From assembly GCF_014078525.1 (NCBI RefSeq), contig NZ_MU078694.1:357885-389884 (forward strand): DNA of 32,000 nt, given 5' to 3'. The position numbers and the translations under genes are program-made. How positions within the stretch are numbered: the stretch's first letter is position 1; each line of letters starts with the position of its first letter. The notes under the pieces are model-generated. The model was given only the letters and a program-made list of their open reading frames with translations, was not told the DNA's origin and searched no databases. This document shows, piece after piece, positions 24,293 through 30,000 of this stretch. This DNA comes from Nitrosopumilus sp. b3 (lineage in GTDB: Archaea > Thermoproteota > Nitrososphaeria > Nitrososphaerales > Nitrosopumilaceae).

Positions 24293-24718
24293 ATGTCAGA
24301 AAAATTTTGGCTCGGATCAATCTATTTGAAGGATGAAGGCGGTTACGAAATAATCATCAAAGCATTGAAGCATTATAGAAACAGACTAAAAACTATAGGA
24401 AAAAGTCCAGAGCTAAAAGATTCTGCAGCAATGTTTTCATCAGTTCTAAATCAGCAAGCTGTAAAAACAATTCCCGTAATTGACAAAACAATACTAAAAA
24501 TTCAAAACAGTCTATCAGATATTGATTCAATAAAGAAATTAGAAGAAGATATTCCATTTATTGAGAAAGCATTATCCTGTTATGATGCAGACATAAAGAA
24601 AGCACAGGATACGGGTCACGAATATTTTGTAAAACTCATAGGCAATATGGTTGAAGCAAGAGACGATCTAAATACCATAAAAATGGCATTACGAAAAATA
24701 AAACTATTTTCAGAATAA
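24293..24718 (+). CDS. Hypothetical protein (141 aa), helical
   Basis: Long ORF. No motif recognised. Confidence 0.55.
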   Translation: MSEKFWLGSIYLKDEGGYEIIIKALKHYRNRLKTIGKSPELKDSAAMFSSVLNQQAVKTIPVIDKTILKIQNSLSDIDSIKKLEEDIPFIEKALSCYDADIKKAQDTGHEYFVKLIGNMVEARDDLNTIKMALRKIKLFSE

Positions 24719-24720
24719 TA

Positions 24721-24951
24721 TTACAATCCTTGCAAATACCAATCCAAGTATGGTCTTAATGCCTTACACTGTTTCTTTTTTTCAGATTCATTATCCAAGT
24801 CTATTATTTTTTGTATTTTTCCCTGAAGATATTCAGATGTCAAATTGCTTTTAAATTCAGGCATTATTTTTTCTAGAATTTCAAGAATTTGTGTGGATGT
24901 CGTATTCTCAAAGTCATCTATGACCATATTTACTTGCTCCTCTAGAGTCAT
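24721..24951 (-). CDS. Hypothetical protein (76 aa)
   Basis: ORF convergent with 24293-24718 (2-nt gap). No motif recognised. Confidence 0.5.
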   Translation of the reverse strand: MTLEEQVNMVIDDFENTTSTQILEILEKIMPEFKSNLTSEYLQGKIQKIIDLDNESEKKKQCKALRPYLDWYLQGL

Positions 24952-24988
24952 ATGATTATTTTAAAAATCCCATTATTATTTGATTCAA

Positions 24989-25216
24989 CTAGAAAACGTC
25001 TTCATCATCCCAAGTAATACGGAATCTTCCAGTAACTCTAAACATATGCAGTTTTCCACCTTTTTTAAAATTCAATTTGTATAACTTGTGTGATGAATCT
25101 TCAATATCTATGCCAACATTGTCTTTTAGGGTTTGAAACACTATTGGATTGTTAGAGATTTGTTTCCAGTCATTTTCATCAAAATCAAGATAGAATTTTG
25201 TATATAACAATCCCAT
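24989..25216 (-). CDS. Hypothetical protein (75 aa)
   Basis: ORF co-directional with 24721-24951 and 25259-25837. No motif recognised. Confidence 0.5.
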   Translation of the reverse strand: MGLLYTKFYLDFDENDWKQISNNPIVFQTLKDNVGIDIEDSSHKLYKLNFKKGGKLHMFRVTGRFRITWDDEDVF

Positions 25217-25258
25217 AGTGATCTAAAGATTACCCCGAATAAATAACTAGATAGGATT

Positions 25259-25837
25259 CTATTTATTCAATAGATTTTGAGGCAGCATAAACCCCAAATA
25301 ACTGACAATAGCTGGAAATATTATCTGAGAATGAGAATCATTTCGGATTATTTCAAAAATCTTATGGATTAATTGCTGAATCTCCAAATGCTCATCTTTA
25401 TACAATGTCTTCTTTGGATTTTTAACAGCATCCAATATCGTAAAACCATTATCAGTTTGAAGCAGATTTCTAAGGAGTAGATTAGCGAGGTTTATTTTCT
25501 CATCAATATCTTTATGTGAATAATCCGTATCCAGTCTATTAATCTGTGATTTTATATCATGAAAACAGTTTGTAGTGTTTCGTTCAACATAGTGCTGAGA
25601 TTTTGTCTCATAGTTATTTGACGGGGCATAAAATTTCCTATTTGCTTTTGTAATGACAACAATGATTTCTTTATCAATCAGTAAATTGCGTGTTTTTTCA
25701 AATGTTGTTTTTGCCATATATTCTGGAACAATTAACTTCATCAAGGCATTATGATGCAAATCAGGGTGTTTTCTAATAGTTTCAAGAACTATCCTTTCAC
25801 GCTCATATGTTTTCAGATTAGGCTCATAATGACTCAT
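25259..25837 (-). CDS. Winged-helix (wHTH) protein, paralogue of 19530-20096; divergent from the response-regulator gene
   Basis: 192 aa. N-terminal 'ERERIVLETIRKHPDLHHNALMKLIVPEYMAKTTFEKTRNLLIDKEIIVVI' is wHTH-like. It shares architecture and the LLQTDNGFTIL motif with the 19530 gene. Confidence 0.6.
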   Translation of the reverse strand: MSHYEPNLKTYERERIVLETIRKHPDLHHNALMKLIVPEYMAKTTFEKTRNLLIDKEIIVVITKANRKFYAPSNNYETKSQHYVERNTTNCFHDIKSQINRLDTDYSHKDIDEKINLANLLLRNLLQTDNGFTILDAVKNPKKTLYKDEHLEIQQLIHKIFEIIRNDSHSQIIFPAIVSYLGFMLPQNLLNK

Positions 25838-25965
25838 TTTATTTAGGTCGACCTATAATATACAGGTCATCTATTAATCAATATCGGTCTAGATTTTCCA
25901 CAGAGGAATTATCCATCGATATTAAATACAAATTTTGAGAGACAGATCACCTAACACATGTGGGA

Positions 25966-25985
25966 ATTGATGAGAAATCATCAAT
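25966..25985. promoter_or_regulatory. Perfect palindrome ATTGATGA-GAAA-TCATCAAT in the divergent promoter region, flanked by TTCCACAG direct repeats
   Basis: The 8-bp arms are at 25966-73 and 25978-85, about 72-91 nt upstream of the RR start codon. TTCCACAG occurs at 25896-25903 and 25987-25994. Confidence 0.35.
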
Positions 25986-26056
25986 ATTCCACAGTAATTT
26001 AGATTATTTTTGTGCGTTCAAGCCATTCAAACATCTGAATATTATCCCAAAAACTC

Positions 26057-27061
26057 ATGGAGATCATGGGATTTTACAATTCAACTATTTTGGTCATAGA
26101 GGATAGTAAAGCTGTACGAATTATGCTATCTCAATATATTAAAAAAATTGGATTCACAAAAATTATCGAATCAGAAACGGGTCAAGAGGGAATTCAAAAA
26201 TTTAATGAATTAGTGGAAATTGAAATCACACCCATTGTATTTGTAGGATATCATTTGCCGGACATGAGTGCAGCTGAAATTATTCCAAACATATTATCAA
26301 AAATGCCAATAACAAAAATTATTCTAGAGACATCAAAAGACAGACATGAAGAATCCGTACGAAGTTTATTTTCATTAGGGATTTCACATTACATGCCAAA
26401 ACCATTACGTTTTGAAAATATGAAAGAGGTGATCAGTACAATTAAAGAAGAATTTGAACTTGATGAAACGTCTGGAGTCGAAACAGAATCAGATAGAATA
26501 AAAGAACATTTGAAAGCAGTTCATCGCACAACCATAACTAGAATTTCACAAAATTGCGGATTACCAACAAAACAAGTTTTGACATATTTGCAAAAATTAA
26601 AATCAAAAGGAGATGTTATGCAAATGAATCCAATTAGAGAAATACTATGTTCCAATTGCAATTCAGTAAATACATCAACAATATTTTCTTGTCCAAAATG
26701 CACAAGTTCAAATTTTTCTGAAACGAGATTAATCGAGCACTATGATTGTGGCTCAGTTCATCCAGATAAAATGTTTAAAGATGATATTTGTCCACAATGT
26801 CAAAAAGAGATCAAAGCGATAGGGGTAGATTATAGGATAATGTCAAATTTGTTTATCTGTAAAGACTGTGAAGAAAGATTTCCAAATCCAGAGATTGATC
26901 TGAACTGTATTAAATGTGGAAATAAATTCACATTTTTTGATGGTAAATGGATTGACAGTCCAACATTCATGTGGATGAAAGAACCATTAGAATCAAAGAA
27001 TATGAATGAAGAAATAACTAATCAGGAAATAATCAATACTATTTCAAATTTAAGTCAGTAA
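26057..27061 (+). CDS. Response-regulator-like protein: atypical receiver (no phospho-acceptor Asp) + wHTH-like segment + multi-zinc-ribbon (TackOD1-like) C-terminal domain
   Basis: 334 aa. In the REC fold, 'ILVIEDSKAVR' keeps the acidic pair, 'IILETSKD' keeps the T/S and 'YMPKPL' keeps the Lys. Aligned with CheY 'FVISDWNMPNMDG', the sequence 'IVFVGYHLPDMSA' puts Gly at the Asp57 position. The C-terminal half has paired Cys motifs CSNC...CPKC, C..(H)...CPQC, CKDC...CIKC. Confidence 0.8.
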   Translation: MEIMGFYNSTILVIEDSKAVRIMLSQYIKKIGFTKIIESETGQEGIQKFNELVEIEITPIVFVGYHLPDMSAAEIIPNILSKMPITKIILETSKDRHEESVRSLFSLGISHYMPKPLRFENMKEVISTIKEEFELDETSGVETESDRIKEHLKAVHRTTITRISQNCGLPTKQVLTYLQKLKSKGDVMQMNPIREILCSNCNSVNTSTIFSCPKCTSSNFSETRLIEHYDCGSVHPDKMFKDDICPQCQKEIKAIGVDYRIMSNLFICKDCEERFPNPEIDLNCIKCGNKFTFFDGKWIDSPTFMWMKEPLESKNMNEEITNQEIINTISNLSQ

Positions 27062-27093
27062 ATGTTTTTTGCCACAGATAGACCCAGTCCAAT

Positions 27094-27246
27094 ATGCTTA
27101 AGTTTGGAGAAATTCTAAAAAAATCCATGGACCTAAATGAATTGCATCAAAAAGAGATTGATTCGCTTAGAGATGAAAATATAGAATTAAGGAACAAAGT
27201 AAAAAAACTAGAAGAGAGAATTCAAGAATTAGAGAGAAAAGAATGA
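27094..27246 (+). CDS. Micro-ORF s1, 50-aa coiled-coil peptide (not in the ORF track)
   Basis: Codon-by-codon translation: MLKFGEILKKSMDLNELHQKEIDSLRDENIELRNKVKKLEERIQELERKE. It starts 33 nt after the RR stop. Its TGA (27244-46) overlaps the next ATG (27243-45) as ATGA. Confidence 0.55.
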   Translation: MLKFGEILKKSMDLNELHQKEIDSLRDENIELRNKVKKLEERIQELERKE

Positions 27247-27383
27247 CGTCATTTGAAGATAAAATACGAGAAAAGATGATTAGACAAAAAGAAGAGTATG
27301 AGAAATATAAGAAAAAAGAGGGAGATTCAGACCTACTCTTTAATGAAAAAGACAATAAGAGTAAAATTCAGGATAAAGAATGA
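27243..27383 (+). CDS. Micro-ORF s2, 46-aa highly charged peptide (not in the ORF track)
   Basis: MTSFEDKIREKMIRQKEEYEKYKKKEGDSDLLFNEKDNKSKIQDKE. It has ATGA overlaps at both ends, and the two junctions share the 10-mer AAAGAATGAC. Confidence 0.55.
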   Translation: MTSFEDKIREKMIRQKEEYEKYKKKEGDSDLLFNEKDNKSKIQDKE

Positions 27384-27550
27384 CTGAAAATGCCAATGAT
27401 GTCTACTCAGAAATAGACGAAGAATTAGAAATTACAGACGAGCAAGCACAAGAACTTTTGAAATTAAATGAAAAAGAAATTCAGATTTTAATTCTTTCTG
27501 AATTAAAAAAAATAACATCACTTCTTAATCAAAGAAAAACCAAAAAATGA
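27380..27550 (+). CDS. Micro-ORF s3, 56-aa peptide with acidic N-terminus and basic C-terminus (not in the ORF track)
   Basis: MTENANDVYSEIDEELEITDEQAQELLKLNEKEIQILILSELKKITSLLNQRKTKK. Its TGA (27548-50) overlaps the ATG (27547-49) of the 3D-domain gene. Confidence 0.55.
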   Translation: MTENANDVYSEIDEELEITDEQAQELLKLNEKEIQILILSELKKITSLLNQRKTKK

Positions 27551-28275
27551 AACTAGGAATTATAATTGCAGTGATTTTGATTGGAATAATTGGAATAGAA
27601 GAATCGTTTGCAAAAGAGTCAAAAATCCCAAATTGGATATTAGATGTTTATGATTTTTGGGCAGAAAAGAAAATTTCGGATGCAGAATTAATTAATGCAG
27701 TAAAATTTCTAAATGAAAAAAGTATCTTACCATTAGTACTACAAAAGGAATATGACTATAAATCAAATTTTTTATTGACTATATTACATAACGACTTTGT
27801 ATACGAAGAAAATTCTTGTAATGATGGATGGTATGTTACAGGGTACTTCATACCTGTAGAATCAGATTACTCTAGTTATGCCATAGAAATTAAAATTGAT
27901 GATCAGTTCTTTGAATATGATTATGATTTTGTAGATTCTGTGAAGAGAGAAGGTTGGGGGAAAACAAATAATGGAAATTATTTAGGTTGGTATTCAAATG
28001 AATTTCATCTAAATGAAGTTCCTTTGGATAATTTTGGGAATACATTAAAAGTTGGAACCATTGCTATTGATCCTTTATCATATGAATTGGGCTCTAAAAT
28101 ATTCATTTCATCCCTTATTGAACCATGGAATGAGATAATTTTTACTGCCAATGATGTTGGCGAATCAGTAAAGAACAAGCACATTGATGTTTTTACAGGA
28201 GAAGGTATAGAGGCTGAAAAGGAGACCTTCAGAATAACAAGTTACAATAATTCGGCATGTTTTATAGATGAATAA
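27547..28275 (+). CDS. Secreted protein: signal peptide + 'IPxW...W..KISD' module + MltA/3D-like (double-psi beta-barrel) C-terminal domain
   Basis: 242 aa. N-terminal hydrophobic signal MKLGIIIAVILIGIIGIEESFA. The C-terminus 'GWYVTGYF.P.ESDY' ... 'EGWGKT..G.YLGW' ... 'VGTIAIDP......GSKIFI' ... 'FTANDVGESVKNKHIDVFTGEG' carries the three spaced Asp (AIDP / NDVG / IDVF) that define the 3D domain of MltA-type lytic transglycosylases. Confidence 0.7.
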   Translation: MKLGIIIAVILIGIIGIEESFAKESKIPNWILDVYDFWAEKKISDAELINAVKFLNEKSILPLVLQKEYDYKSNFLLTILHNDFVYEENSCNDGWYVTGYFIPVESDYSSYAIEIKIDDQFFEYDYDFVDSVKREGWGKTNNGNYLGWYSNEFHLNEVPLDNFGNTLKVGTIAIDPLSYELGSKIFISSLIEPWNEIIFTANDVGESVKNKHIDVFTGEGIEAEKETFRITSYNNSACFIDE

Positions 28276-28479
28276 TTTTTTGGTAATATTTTTGAGAGTA
28301 AAAATTTTCTTAGTTAAAAAAATCCACATCAATCCAGTAAACTATCATGAAGATGTATTCAAGATCTCAATCCAGAAATAATCATCATTACTACAAGGAA
28401 AACGCCCAATCCCATTACTCCGATTGTAATGAGTTTTAGTATATGATAATATGTGATTATTGGTATATGAGTTTAGAAT

Positions 28480-28668
28480 CTAAGAATTTATGAAGACTTT
28501 AGAATTTGATACTGTAATCATCTCAACTGCTTCAATTTCCATATTCTCTTTATTTGAAATTTCGAGAATTTCATCACGATGTACTTCTTTCAAATGTTTC
28601 AAGAATTCTTCCTCTTCAATATCATTATGTTTGTAATTACAAGAGGTGAAAACACAGTTGAAATTCAT
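28480..28668 (-). CDS. Small protein with C2H2-like zinc-finger signature (62 aa)
   Basis: The N-terminus FNC-VFTS-C-NYKHNDIEEEEFLK-H-LKEV-H gives C-x4-C-x14-H-x4-H with the aromatic/hydrophobic positions of a classical finger. The spacer is 2 residues longer than canonical. Confidence 0.45.
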   Translation of the reverse strand: MNFNCVFTSCNYKHNDIEEEEFLKHLKEVHRDEILEISNKENMEIEAVEMITVSNSKVFINS

Positions 28669-28746
28669 TGAATATTATTTAATATAGAATATTTTTATCT
28701 TTTATTCCTAAAAGATGTGCTTTACTTTTAATGGCAAAAATGCCAT

Positions 28747-29151
28747 TTGATATTATTGCTAAATACATTCCTGATTTTCGGATTGACAGTTACTTTGTTT
28801 ATTGGGCTGATTTCATTTGTAATGGCTGACTCTGATGAAGAATATTTGCAACTCAAAAGAATCTATGATGAGCAAAGATGGAATCTTGAAAAGGAATTTA
28901 AAGAAAAATTCAAACAATCGAGTATTCAGTTTAAGGAGAAAAAACAAGAGATCTATGAAAAAAGTGAATCAGACTCAACATCGACAGTTGAACAAACCAA
29001 CCAAATGCTCAGAAATGCATTTCATGAATTTCTAGATAGGCAAAAAGAAATCAAAACAGAGTATACCTCCAAAGTAGATGCACTAAATGAAATGTTTACA
29101 AAAAAATTTGAACAGTTTGAAAATAAATACCTCTATGGGTTAAAAAAGTAA
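28747..29151 (+). CDS. N-terminally membrane-anchored coiled-coil protein (134 aa, TTG start); reading frame appears interrupted at its 3' end
   Basis: A TM helix (LLLNTFLIFGLTVTLFIGLISFVMA) is followed by K/E-rich helical sequence. It ends ...YGLKK-TAA-TAG, with the heptamer A-AAA-AAG (29142-29148) directly before the stop. Confidence 0.6.
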   Translation: MILLLNTFLIFGLTVTLFIGLISFVMADSDEEYLQLKRIYDEQRWNLEKEFKEKFKQSSIQFKEKKQEIYEKSESDSTSTVEQTNQMLRNAFHEFLDRQKEIKTEYTSKVDALNEMFTKKFEQFENKYLYGLKK

Positions 29152-29300
29152 TAGAGTTATGGGATGAAGGAAAAATATCAGATATTGAATTTGTAAACTT
29201 TTTATCATTTTTAATCAATAATGATATAATCACAGTAAACCAACTAGATTTTTTAAAATATGACAGTAAAATTGTGCAGTTGATTAACGTGGCAAAATGA
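29127..29300 (+). other. Start-codon-less -1-frame continuation encoding a second 'IPxW...W..GKISD' module (frameshifted 3' part of 28747-29151, or product of -1 frameshifting)
   Basis: The -1 frame is open from 29127 to TGA 29298-29300. It reads IPLWVKKVIELWDEGKISDIEFVNFLSFLINNDIITVNQLDFLKYDSKIVQLINVAK. That is 15/37 identical to residues IPNWILDVYDFWAEKKISDAELINAVKFLNEKSILPL of the 27547 protein. There is no ATG/GTG/TTG before the motif. Confidence 0.5.
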
Positions 29301-29397
29301 GGTATTTTTTGTTTTTCGAATTCATTATTTATTTATATCAAAAAAATTAACTTCATATCTTTAGTAATTCCACATAATTTTTGACTGTGAGGTTTTT

Positions 29398-29895
29398 TCA
29401 TTGAATAAATTCATACTTTTTAACAATCCTCCATTTGTCTATATCTTCATGAAATTTTTGAATCCACATTCCTGTTACTTTGAAATTATTTTTGATGGAA
29501 ATAGAAAATGCTAATTTTTCTTGCTCATCAGGGTTCATTTTTTTGTAAATCAAACTCACATGTGGAATGAACTCATATTTACTAATAGAATCAAGAGATT
29601 CTGTTAATTTTTTGTTTATTCTTGTCAATGGTTTGTTTGGATGAAATTCTACAAACAACGTCTTCCAAAAAACATCAGAATAGGACACACTGCTTTTTTC
29701 AATGATAAACTGTTTTTCACCTTGAATACTATTTCTGACGATATTGTCTAATTCATCAAGATCGATATTGACTAACCCATAAGCTGTGATATGGGGTTTG
29801 AAGGGATGAGCATTATATTTAGAACTTAGATCATTGATGATATTTGCAAAGTAGTCTGTATCTTTTTTTTCGAATACAAACCAAATAGCACACAT
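29398..29895 (-). CDS. 2H phosphoesterase superfamily protein (cyclic phosphodiesterase / LigT-like)
   Basis: 165 aa with two H-x-(T/S)-x motifs at the expected spacing: 'PHITAYG' and 'PHVSLIY'. Confidence 0.7.
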   Translation of the reverse strand: MCAIWFVFEKKDTDYFANIINDLSSKYNAHPFKPHITAYGLVNIDLDELDNIVRNSIQGEKQFIIEKSSVSYSDVFWKTLFVEFHPNKPLTRINKKLTESLDSISKYEFIPHVSLIYKKMNPDEQEKLAFSISIKNNFKVTGMWIQKFHEDIDKWRIVKKYEFIQ

Positions 29896-30000
29896 TGTAT
29901 TTTTACTGAATTTTTGGTTTTAAATTCTATTCAACAAACAACCTCATATCATAATTCTAGTTACAGTACAATTTTACTCACAAAGAGGGTGCGTATCCTT

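Noticed and set aside
27167-27355. 62-aa minus-strand ORF listed in the ORF track
   Set aside because: It is antisense to micro-ORFs s1/s2. Its product is Ser/Phe/Leu-rich low complexity, as expected from the complement of K/E-rich codons. The plus-strand ATGA-linked frames explain the region better.
13400-29900. Integrated virus, casposon, or defence island hypothesis for the small-ORF-rich stretch
   Set aside because: I could recognise no integrase, Cas1, PolB, capsid, terminase or packaging ATPase. I also saw no restriction-modification, CRISPR-Cas, Argonaute, STAND or other defence signatures, and no flanking direct repeats by eye. Composition matches the flanks.
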